Shown here: piece after piece, positions 38,001 to 50,300 of the stretch
Numbering within the stretch: position 1 is the stretch's first letter
Layout: each line of letters starts with the position of its first letter
Assembly (NCBI RefSeq): GCF_009914755.1
Contig: NC_060947.1
Length of the DNA stretch: 64,000 nt
Source: the human T2T-CHM13v2.0 reference genome, Homo sapiens
Strand: one strand, 5' to 3'
The notes under the pieces: model-generated
Seen by the model: the letters and a program-made list of their open reading frames with translations, nothing else
Databases searched by the model: none
Told to the model about the DNA's origin: nothing
Made by a program: the position numbers and the translations under genes

Positions 38001-41000
38001 GGTTCATCTCTGCGAGTTAAATGCATTCATCATGAAGAACTTTCTCAGAGTGTTTGTGTTTAGTTATGGGAAATTATTCCCGTTTCCAACGAAATCCTCA
38101 GAGAGCTCCAAATATCCACCTGCAGATTCTACCAAAAGTGTATTTGGAAACTGCTCCATCAAAAGGCATGTTCAGCTCTGTCAGTGAAGCTCCATCATCA
38201 CAAAGAATATTCTGAGAATGCTTCCGTTTGCCTTTTATATGAAGTTCCTTCCTGTACTACCGTAGGCCTCAAAGCAGTCCAAATCTCCATTTGCAGATTC
38301 TACAAAAAGAGTGATTCCAATCTGCTCTATCAATAGGATTGTTCAACTCCATGAGTTGAATGCCATCCTCACAAAGTCGTTTCTGAGAATGCTTCTATCT
38401 AGTTTTTATGTGAAGATATTTCCTTTTCCACCACAGGCCTCAAAGCCCTCCAAACGTCCACTTGCAGATTCTCGAAAAAGAGTGTTTTATAGCTGCTCTT
38501 TCAAAAGGAAAGTTCAACTCTGGGAGTTGAATACAAACATCACAAAGTAGTTTCCGAGAATGCTTCTGTTTAGTTTTTATGTGAAGATGATCCCGTTTCC
38601 AGTGAAATCTTCAAAGAGGTCCACATATCCCCTTGCAGATTCCAAAGAAAGAGGGTTTCAAAACTGCTCCATCAGAAGGATTGTTCAACTCTGTGAGTTG
38701 AATGCAGTCATCGCAGAAAACTTTCTGAGAATGCTTCTGTCTAGGTTTGATGTGAAGATATAGATGTTTCAAACGAAGGCTACAAAGTGGTCAAAATATA
38801 CACTTGCAGATTCTACTACAAGGGTGTTGCAAACCTGAACTATCAAAGGAAGGTTCAACTCTGTGAGTTGAATACAAACATCACAAAGAATGTTCTGAGT
38901 TTGCTTCCGTTCAGTTATGGGAAGTTGATCCCGTTTCCAACGAAATCCTCAGAGAGGTCCAAATATCCCCTTGCAGATTCTACAAAACGTGTGTTTGGAA
39001 ACTGCTCCATCGTAACGAATGTTCAGCTCCCTGAGTTAAACTCCATCGTCACAAAGAATTTTCTGAGAGTGCTACCGTCTGGTTTTTATATGAAGTTCTT
39101 TCCTTCACTACCACAGGCCTCAAAGCGGTCCAAATCTCCACTTGCAGATTCTACAAAAAGAGTGTTTGCAAACTGCTCTATCAAAAGGAATGTTCAACTC
39201 TGGGAGTTGAATGCAATCATCACAGAGCAGTTTCTGAGAATGCTTCTATGTCGTTTTTAGGAGAAGATATTTCCTTTTCCAACACAGTCCTCCAAGCCCG
39301 CTAAATAGCCACTTGCACATTGTAGAAAAAGTGTGTCAAAGCTGCGCTATCAAAGGGAAAGTTCAACTCTGTGAGGTGAATGCAAACATCCCAAAGAAGT
39401 TTCTGAGAATGCTTCCGTTTAGCTTTTAGGTGAAGATTATCCCGTTTCCAACGAAACCTTCAAAGAGGTCCAAATATCCCCTTGCGGATCCCACAGAAAG
39501 AGTGTTTCGAAACTGCTGTTTCAAAAGGAATCTTCAACTCTGTGAGTTGAATGCAATCATCACAAAGAAGTTTCTGACAATGCTTCTCTCTCGTCTTTCT
39601 GTGAAGATAAAGGAAAAGGCTTTCAGGCCTTTGCCACCACAGGCCTGAAAGCGCTCCAAATGTCCACTTGCAGATTCTGCCAAAAGAATATTTCAAAACT
39701 GCTCTATGAAAAGCAATGTTAAACTCTGCGGCTCGAACACAAACATCACAAAGCGGTTTCTGAGAATGCTTCAGTTTAGTTTTTCTGTGGAAATATTCCC
39801 GTTTCCAAAGAAATCTTCAAAGAGGTCCACGTATCCACTTACAGATTCTACAAAAAGACAGTTTCAAAACTGCTCCATCAAAAGGAGGGTTCAACTGTGT
39901 GACTTGAATGCAATCATCACTCAGAAGTTTCTGAGAATGCTTCTCTTTAGTTTTTACGTGAACATATACCCGTTTCGAACGAAGGCCACCCAGTGGTCCA
40001 AATATCCACTTGCAGATTCTACAGAAAGAGTGTTTCGAAACTGAACTCTCAAAGGCAGGTTCATCTCTGCGAGTTAAATGCATTCATCATGAAGAACTTT
40101 CTCAGCGTGTTTGTGTTTAGTTATGGGAAATTATTCCCGTTTCCAACGAAATCCTCAAAGAGCTCCAAATATCCACCTGCAGATTCTACCAAAAGTGTAT
40201 TTGGAAACTGCTCCATCAAAAGGCATGTTCAGCTCTGTCAGTGAAACTCCATCATCACAAAGAATATTCTGAGAATGCTTCCGTTTGCCTTTTATATGAA
40301 GTTCCTTCCTGTACTACCGTAGGCCTCAAAGCAGTCCAAATCTCCATTTGCACATTCTACAAAAAGAGTGATTCCAATCTGCTGTATCAATAGGATTGTT
40401 CAACTCCATGAGTTGAATGCCATCCTCACAAAGTCGTTTCTGAGAATGCTTCTATCTAGTTTTTATGTGAAGATATTTCCTTTTCCACCACAGGCCTCAA
40501 AGCCCTCCAAACGTCCACTTGCAGATTCTCGAAAAAGAGTGTTTCATAGCTGCTCTTTCAAAAGGAAAGTTCAACTCTGGGAGTTGAATACAAACATCAC
40601 AAAATAGTTTCCGAGAATGCTTCTGTTTAGTTTTTATGTGAAGATGATCCCGTTTCCAGTGAAATCTTCAAAGAGGTCCACATATCCCCTTGCAGATTCC
40701 AAAGAAAGAGGGTTTAAAAACTGCTCCATCAGAAGGATTGTTCAACTCTGTGAGTTGAATGCAGTCATCGCAGAAAACTTTCTGAGAATGCTTCTGTCTA
40801 GGTTTGATGTGAAGATATAGACGTTTCAAACGAAGGCTACAAAGTGGTCAAAATATACACTTGCAGATTCTACTACAAGGGTGTTGCAAACCTGAACTAT
40901 CAAAGGAAGGTTCAACTCTGTGAATTGAATACAAACATCACAAAGAATGTTCTGAGTTTGCTTCCGTTCAGTTATGGGAAGTTGATCCCGTTTCCAACGA

Positions 41001-44000
41001 AATCCTCAGAGAGGTCCAAATATCCCCTCGCAGATTCTACAAAACGTGTGTTTGGAAACTGCTCCATCAAAACGAATGTTCAGCTCCCTGAGTTAAACTC
41101 CATCGTCACAAAGAATTTTCTGAGAGTGCTACCGTCTGGTTTTTATATGAAGTTCTTTCCTTCACTACCACAGGCCTCAAAGCGGTCCAAATCTCCACTT
41201 GCAGATTCTACAAAAAGAGTGTTTGCAAACTGCTCTATCAAAAGGAATGTTCAACTCTGGGAGTTGAATGCAATCATCACAGAGCAGTTTCTGAGAATGC
41301 TTCTATGTCGTTTTTAGGAGAAGATATTTCCTTTTCCAACACAGTCCTCCAAGCCCACTAAATAGCCACTTGCACATTGTAGAAAAAGTGTGTCAAAGCT
41401 GCGCTATCAAAGGGAAAGTTCAACTCTGTGAGGTGAATGCAAACATCCCAAAGAAGTTTCTGAGAATGCTTCCGTTTAGCTTTTAGGTGAAGATTATCCC
41501 GTTTCCAACGAAACCTTCAAAGAGGTCCAAATATCCCCTTGCGGATCCCACAGAAAGAGTGTTTCAAAACTGCTGTTTCAAAAGGAATCTTCAACTCTGT
41601 GAGTTGAATGCAATCATCACAAAGAAGTTTCTGACAATGCTTCTCTCTCGTCTTTCTGTGAAGATAAAGGAAAAGGCTTTCAGGCCTTTTCCACCACAGG
41701 CCTGAAAGCGCTCCAAATGTCCACTTGCAGATTCTGCGAAAAGAATATTTCAAAACTGCTCTATGAAAAGCAATGTTAAACTCTGTGGCTGGAACACAAA
41801 CATCACAAAGCGGTTTCTGAGAATGTTTCAGTTTAGTTTTTCTGTGGAAATATTCCCGTTTCCAAAGAAATCTTCAAAGAGGTCCACGTATCCACTTACA
41901 GATTCTACAAAAAGACAGTTTCAAAACTGCTCCATCAAAAGGAGGGTTCAACTGTGTGACTTGAATGCAATCATCACTCAGAAGTTTCTGAGAATGCTTC
42001 TCTTTAGTTTTTACGTGAACATATACCCGTTTCGAACGAAGGCCACCCAGTGGTCCAAATATCCACTTGCAGATTATACAGAAAGAGTGTTTCGAACCTG
42101 AACTCTCAAAGGCAGGTTCATCTCTGCGAGTTAAATGCATTCATCATGAAGAACTTTCTCAGAGTGTTTGTGCTTAGTTATGGGAAATTATTCCCGTTTC
42201 CAACGAAATCCTCAGAGTGGTCCAAATATCCACCTGCAGATTCTACCAAAAGTGTATTTGGAAACTGCTCCATCAAAAGGCATGTTCAGCTCTGTGAGTG
42301 AAACTCCATCATCACAAAGAATATTCTGAGAATGCTTCCGTTTGCCTTTTATCTGAAGTTCCTTCCTATACGACCGTAGGCCTCAAAGCAGTCCAAATCT
42401 CCATTTGCAGATTCTACAAAAAGAGTGATTCCAATCTGCTCTATCAATAGGATTGTTCAACTCCATGAGTTGAATGCCATCCTCACAAAGTCGTTTCTGA
42501 GAATGCTTCTATCTAGTTTTTATGTGAAGATATTTCCTTTTCCACCACAGGCCTCAAAGCCCTCCAAACGTCCACTTGCAGATTCTCGAAAAAGAGTGTT
42601 TTATAGCTGCTCTTTCAAAAGGAAAGTTCAACTCTGGGAGTTGAATACAAACATCACAAAGTAGTTTCCGAGAATGCTTCTGTTTAGTTTTTATGTGAAG
42701 ATGATCCCGTTTCCAGTGAAATCTTCAAAGAGGTCCACATATCCCCTTGCAGATTCCAAAGAAAGAGGGTTTCAAAACTGCTCCATCAGAAGGATTGTTC
42801 AACTCTGTGAGTTGAATGCAGTCATCGCAGAAAACTTTCTGAGAATGCTTCTGTCTAGGTTTGATGTGAAGATATAGATGTTTCAAACGAAGGCTACAAA
42901 GTGGTCAAAATATACACTTGCAGATTCTACTACAAGGGTGTTGCAAACCTGAACTATCAAAGGAAGGTTCAACTCTGTGAGTTGAATACAAACATCACAA
43001 AGAATGTTCTGAGTTTGCTTCCGTTCAGTTATGGGAAGTTGATCCCGTTTCCAACGAAATCCTCAGAGAGGTCCAAATATCCCCTTGCAGATTCTACAAA
43101 ACGTGTGTTTGGAAACTGCTCCATCATAACGAATGTTCAGCTCCCTGAGTTAAACTCCATCGTCACAAAGAATTTTCTGAGAGTGCTACCGTCTGGTTTT
43201 TATATGAAGTTCTTTCCTTCACTACCACAGGCCTCAAAGCGGTCCAAATCTCCACTTGCAGATTCTACAAAAAGAGTGTTTGCAAACTGCTCTATCAAAA
43301 GGAATGTTCAACTCTGGGAGTTGAATGCAATCATCACAGAGCAGTTTCTGAGAATGCTTCTATGTCGTTTTTAGGAGAAGATATTTCCTTTTCCAACACA
43401 GTCCTCCAAGCCCGCTAAATAGCCACTTGCACATTGTAGAAAAAGTGTGTCAAAGCTGCGCTATCAAAGGGAAAGTTCAACTCTGTGAGGTGAATGCAAA
43501 CATCCCAAAGAAGTTTCTGAGAATGCTTCCGTTTAGCTTTTAGGTGAGGATTATCCCGTTTCCAACGAAACCTTCAAAGAGGTCCAAATATCCCCTTGCG
43601 GATCCCACAGAAAGAGTGTTTCGAAACTGCTGTTTCAAAAGGAATCTTCAACTCTGTGAGTTGAATGCAATCATCACAAAGAAGTTTCTGACAATGCTTC
43701 TCTCTCGTCTTTCTGTGAAGATAAAGGAAAAGGCTTTCAGGCCTTTTCCACCACAGGCCTGAAAGCGCTCCAAATGTCCACTTGCAGATTCTGCCAAAAG
43801 AATATTTCAAAACTGCTCTATGAAAAGCAATGTTAAACTCTGTCGCTCGAACACAAACATCACAAAGCAGTTTCTGAGAATGCTTCAGTTTAGTTTTTCT
43901 GTGGAAATATTCCCGTTTCCAAAGAAATCTTCAAAGAGGTCCACGTATCCACTTACAGATTCTACAAAAAGACAGTTTCAAAACTGCTCCATCAAAAGGA

Positions 44001-47000
44001 GGGTTCAACTGTGTGACTTGAATGCAATCATCACTCAGAAGTTTCTGAGAATGCTTCTCTTTAGTTTTTACGTGAACATATACCCGTTTCGAACGAACGC
44101 CACCCTGTGGTCCAAATATCCACTTGCAGATTCTACAGAAAGAGTGTTTCGAACCTGAACTCTCAAAGGCAGGTTCATCTCTGCGAGTTAAATGCATTCA
44201 TCATGAAGAACTTTCTCAGAGTGTTTGTGTTTAGTTATGGGAAATTATTCCCGTTTCCAACGAAATCCTCAGAGAGCTCCAAATATCCACCTGCAGATTC
44301 TACCAAAAGTGTATTTGGAAACTGCTCCATCAAAAGGCATGTTCAGCTCTGTGAGTGAAACTCCATCATCACAAAGAATATTCTGAGAATGCTTCCGTTT
44401 GCCTTTTATATGAACTTCCTTCCTGTACTACCGTAGGCCTCAAAGCAGTCCAAATCTCCATTTGCAGATTCTACAAAAAGAGTGATTCCAATCTTCTCTA
44501 TCAATAGGATTGTTCAACTCCATGAGTTGAATGCCATCCTCACAAAGTAGTTTCTGAGAATGCTTCTATCTGGTTTTTGTGTGAAGATATTTCCTTTTCC
44601 ACCACAGGCCTCAAAGCCCTCCAAACGTCCACTTGCAGATTCTCGAAAAAGAGTGTTTCATAGCTGCTCTTTCAAAAGGAAAGTTCAACTCTGGGAGTTG
44701 AATACAAACATCACAAAGTAGTTTCCGAGAATGCTTCTGTTTAGTTTTTATGTGAAGATGATCCCGTTTCCAGTGAAATCTTCAAAGAGGTCCACATATC
44801 CCCTTGCAGATTCCAAAGAAAGAGGGTTTCAAAACTGCTCCATCAGAAGGATTGTTCAACTCTGTGAGTTGAATGCAGTCATCGCAGAAAACTTTCTGAG
44901 AATGCTTCTGTCTAGGTTTGATGTGAAGATATAGACGTTTCAAACGAAGGCTACAAAGTGGTCAAAATATACACTTGCAGATTCTACTACAAGGGTGTTG
45001 CAAACCTGAACTATCAAAGGAAGGTTCAACTCTGTGAGTTGAATACAAACATCACAAAGAATGTTCTGAGTTTGCTTCCGTTCAGTTATGGGAAGTTGAT
45101 CCCGTTTCCAACGAAATCCTCAGAGAGGTCCAAATATCCCCTTGCAGATTCTACAAAACGTGTGTTTGGAAACTGCTCCATCATAACGAATGTTCAGCTC
45201 CCTGAGTTAAACTCCATCGTCACAAAGAATTTTCTGAGAGTGCTACCGTCTGGTTTTTATATGAAGCTCTTTCCTTCACTACCACAGGCCTGAAAGCGGT
45301 CCAAATCTCCACTTGCAGATTCTACAAAAAGAGTGTTTGCAAACTGCTCTATCAAAAGGAATGTTCAACTCTGGGAGTTGAATGCAATCATCACAGAGCA
45401 GTTTCTGAGAATGCTTCTATGTCGTTTTTAGGAGAAGATATTTCCTTTTCCAACACAGTACCCCAAGCCCGCTAAATAGCCACTTGCACATTGTAGAAAA
45501 AGTGTGTCAAAGCTGCGCTATCAAAGGGAAAGTTCAACTCTGTGAGGTGAATGCAAACATCCCAAAGAAGTTTCTGAGAATGCTTCCGTTTAGCTTTTAG
45601 GTGAAGATTATCCCGTTTCCAACGAAACCTTCAAAGAGGTCCAAATATCCCCTTGCGGATCCCACAGAAAGAGTGTTTCGAAACTGCTGTTTCAAAAGGA
45701 ATCTTCAACTCTGTGAGTTGAATGCAATCATCACAAAGAAGTTTCTGACAATGCTTCTCTCTCGTCTTTCTGTGAAGATAAAGGAAAAGGCTTTCAGGCC
45801 TTTTCCACCACAGGCCTGAAAGCGCTCCAAATGTCCACTTGCAGATTCTGCGAAAAGAATATTTCAAAACTGCTCTATGAAAAGCAATGTTAAACTCTGT
45901 GGCTCGAACACAAACATCACAAAGCGGTTTCTGAGAATGCTTCAGTTTAGTTTTTCTGTGGAAATATTCCCGTTTCCAAAGAAATCTTCAAAGAGGTCCA
46001 CGTATCCACTTACAGATTCTACAAAAAGACAGTTTCAAAACTGCTCCATCAAAAGGAGGGTTCAACTGTGTGACTTGAATGCAATCATCACTCAGAAGTT
46101 TCTGAGAATGCTTCTCTTTAGTTTTTACGTGAACATATACCCGTTTCGAACGAAGGCCACCCAGTGGTCCAAATATCCACTTGCAGATTATACAGAAAGA
46201 GTGTTTCGAACCTGAACTCTCAAAGGCAGGTTCATCTCTGCGAGTTAAATGCATTCATCATGAAGAACTTTCTCAGAGTGTTTGTGTTTAGTTATGGGAA
46301 ATTATTCCCGTTTCCAACGAAATCCTCAGAGAGCTCCAAATATCCACCTGCAGATTCTACCAAAAGTGTATTTGGAAACTGCTCCATCAAAAGGCATGTT
46401 CAGCTCTGTGAGTGAAACTCCATCATCACAAAGAATATTCTGAGAATGCTTCCGTTTGCCTTTTATATGAAGTTCCTTCCTGTACTACCGTAGGCCTCAA
46501 AGCAGTCCAAATCTCCATTTGCAGATTCTACAAAAAGAGTGATTCCAATCTGCTCTATCAATAGGATTGTTCAACTCCATGAGTTGAATGCCATCCTCAC
46601 AAAGTAGTTTCTGAGAATGCTTCTATCTGGTTTTTGTGTGAAGATATTTCCTTTTCCACCACAGGCCTCAAAGCCCTCCAAACGTCCACTTGCAGATTCT
46701 CGAAAAAGAGTGTTTCATAGCTGCTCTTTCAAAAGGAAAGTTCAACTCTGGGAGTTGAATACAAACATCACAAAATAGTTTCTGAGAATGCTTCTGTTTA
46801 GTTTTTATATGAAGATGATCCCGTTTCCAGTGAAATCTTCAAAGAGGTCCACATATCCCCTTGCAGATTCCAAAGAAAGAGGGTTTCAAAACTGCTCCAT
46901 CAGAAGGATTGTTCAACTCTGTGAGTTGAATGCAGTCATCGCAGAAAACTTTCTGAGAATGCTTCTGTCTAGGTTTGATGTGAAGATATAGACGTTTCAA

Positions 47001-47304
47001 ACGAAGGCTACAAAGTGGTCAAAATATACACTTGCAGATTCTACTACAAGGGTGTTGCAAACCTGAACTATCAAAGGAAGGTTCAACTCTGTGAGTTGAA
47101 TACAAACATCACAAAGAATGTTCTGAGTTTGCTTCCGTTCAGTTATGGGAAGTTGATCCCGTTTCCAACGAAATCCTCAGAGAGGTCCAAATATCCCCTC
47201 GCAGATTCTACAAAACGTGTGTTTGGAAACTGCTCCATCATAACGAATGTTCAGCTCCCTGAGTTAAACTCCATCGTCACAAAGAATTTTCTGAGAGTGC
47301 TACC

Positions 47305-50300
47305 GTCTGGTTTTTATATGAAGTTCTTTCCTTCACTATCACAGGCCTCAAAGCGGTCCAAATCTCCACTTGCAGATTCTACAAAAAGAGTGTTTGCAAA
47401 CTGCTCTATCAAAAGGAATGTTCAACTCTGGGAGTTGAATGCAATCATCACAGAGCAGTTTCTGAGAATGCTTCTATGTCGTTTTTAGGAGAAGATATTT
47501 CCTTTTCCAACACAGTCCTCCAAGCCCGCTAAATAGCCACTTGCACATTGTAGAAAAAGTGTGTCAAAGCTGCGCTATCAAAGGGAAAGTTCAACTCTGT
47601 GAGGTGAATGCAAACATCCCAAAGAAGTTTCTGAGAATGCTTCCGTTTAGCTTTTAGGTGAAGATTATCCCGTTTCCAACGAAACCTTCAAAGAGGTCCA
47701 AATATCCCCTTGCGGATCCCACAGAAAGAGTGTTTCGAAACTGCTGTTTCAAAAGGAATCTTCAACTCTGTGAGTTGAATGCAATCATCACAAAGAAGTT
47801 TCTGACAATGCTTCTCTCTCGTCTTTCTGTGAAGATAAAGGAAAAGGCTTTCAGGCCTTTGCCACCACAGGCCTGAAAGCGCTCCAAATGTCCACTTGCA
47901 GATTCTGCGAAAAGAATATTTCAAAACTGCTCTATGAAAAGCAATGTTAAACTCTGTGGCTCGAACACAAACATCACAAAGCGGTTTCTGAGAATGCTTC
48001 AGTTTAGTTTTTCTGTGGAAATATTCCCGTTTCCAAAGAAATCTTCAAAGAGGTCCACGTATCCACTTACAGATTCTACAAAAAGACAGTTTCAAAACTG
48101 CTCCATCAAAAGGAGTGTTCAACCGTGTGACTTGAATGCAATCATCACTCAGAAGTATCTGAGAATGCTTCTCTTTAGTTTTTACGTGAACATATACCCG
48201 TTTCGAACGAAGGCCACCCAGTGGTCCAAATATCCACTTGCAGATTATACAGAAAGAGTGTTTCGAACCTGAACTCTCAAAGGCAGGTTCATCTCTGCGA
48301 GTTAAATGCATTCATCATGAAGAACTTTCTCAGAGTGTTTGTGTTTAGTTATGGGAAATTATTCCCGTTTCCAACGAAATCCTCAGAGAGCTCCAAATAT
48401 CCACCTGCAGATTCTACCAAAAGTGTATTTGGAAACTGCTCCATCAAAAGGCATGTTCAGCTCTGTGAGTGAAACTCCATCATCACAAAGAATATTCTGA
48501 GAATGCTTCCGTTTGCCTTTTATATGAAGTTCCTTCCTGTACTACCGTAGGCCTCAAAGCAGTCCAAATCTCCATTTGCAGATTCTATAAAAAGAGTGAT
48601 TCCAATCTGCTCTATCAATAGGATTGTTCAACTCCATGAGTTGAATGCCATCCTCACAAAGTAGTTTCTGAGAATGCTTCTATCTGGTTTTTGTGTGAAG
48701 ATATTTCCTTTTCCACCACAGGCCTCAAAGCCCTCCAAACGTCCACTTGCAGATTCTCGAAAAAGAGTGTTTCATAGCTGCTCTTTCAAAAGGAAAGTTC
48801 AACTCTGGGAGTTGAATACAAACATCACAAAGTAGTTTCCGAGAATGCTTCTGTTTAGTTTTTATGTGAAGATGATCGATCCCGTTTCCAGTGAAATCTT
48901 CAAAGAGGTCCACATATCCCCTTGCAGATTCCAAAGAAAGAGGGTTTCAAAACTGCTCCATCAGAAGGATTGTTCAACTCTGTGAGTTGAATGCAGTCAT
49001 CGCAGAAAACTTTCTGAGAATGCTTCTGTCTAGGTTTGATGTGAAGATATAGACGTTTCAAACGAAGGCTACAAAGTGGTCAAAATATACACTTGCAGAT
49101 TCTACTACAAGGGTGTTGCAAACCTGAACTATCAAAGGAAGGTTCAACTCTGTGAGTTGAATACAAACATCACAAAGAATGTTCTGAGTTTGCTTCCGTT
49201 CAGTTATGGGAAGTTGATCCCGTTTCCAACGAAATCCTCAGAGAGGTCCAAATATCCCCTCGCAGATTCTACAATACGTGTGTTTGGAAACTGCTCCATC
49301 ATAACGAATGTTCAGCTCCCTGAGTTAAACTCCATCGTCACAAAGAATTTTCTGAGAGTGCTACCGTCTGGTTTTTATATGAAGTTCTTTCCTTCACTAC
49401 CACAGGCCTCAAAGCGGTCCAAATCTCCACTTGCAGATTCTACAAAAAGAGTGTTTGCAAACTGCTCTATCAAAAGGAATGTTCAACTCTGGGAGTTGAA
49501 TGCAATCATCACAGAGCAGTTTCTGAGAATGCTTCTATGTCGTTTTTAGAAGATATTTCCTTTTCCAACACAGTCCTCCAAGCCCGCTAAATAGCCACTT
49601 GCACATTGTAGAAAAAGTGTGTCAAAGCTGCGCTATCAAAGGGAAAGTTCAACTCTGTGAGGTGAATGCAAACATCCCAAAGAAGTTTCTGAGAATGCTT
49701 CCATTTAGCTTTTAGGTGAAGATTATCCCGTTTCCAACGAAACCTTCAAAGAGGTCCAAATATCCCCTTGCGGATCCCACAGAAAGAGTGTTTCGAAACT
49801 GCTGTTTCAAAAGGAATCTTCAACTCTGTGAGTTGAATGCAATCATCACAAAGAAGTTTCTGACAATGCTTCTCTCTCGTCTTTCTGTGAAGATAAAGGA
49901 AAAGGCTTTCAGGCCTTTTCCACCACAGGCCTGAAAGCGCTCCAAATGTCCACTTGCAGATTCTGCCAAAAGAATATTTCAAAACTGCTCTATGAAAAGC
50001 AATGTTAAACTCTGCGGCTCGAACACAAACATCACAAAGCGGTTTCTGAGAATGCTTCAGTTTAGTTTTTCTGTGGAAATATTCCCGTTTCCAAAGAAAT
50101 CTTCAAAGAGGTCCACGTATCCACTTACAGATTCTACAAAAAGACAGTTTCAAAACTGCTCCATCAAAAGGAGGGTTCAACCGTGTGACTTGAATGCAAT
50201 CATCACTCAGAAGTTTCTGAGAATGCTTCTCTTTAGTTTTTACGTGAACATATACCCGTTTCGAACGAAGGCCACCCAGTGGTCCAAATATCCACTTGCA

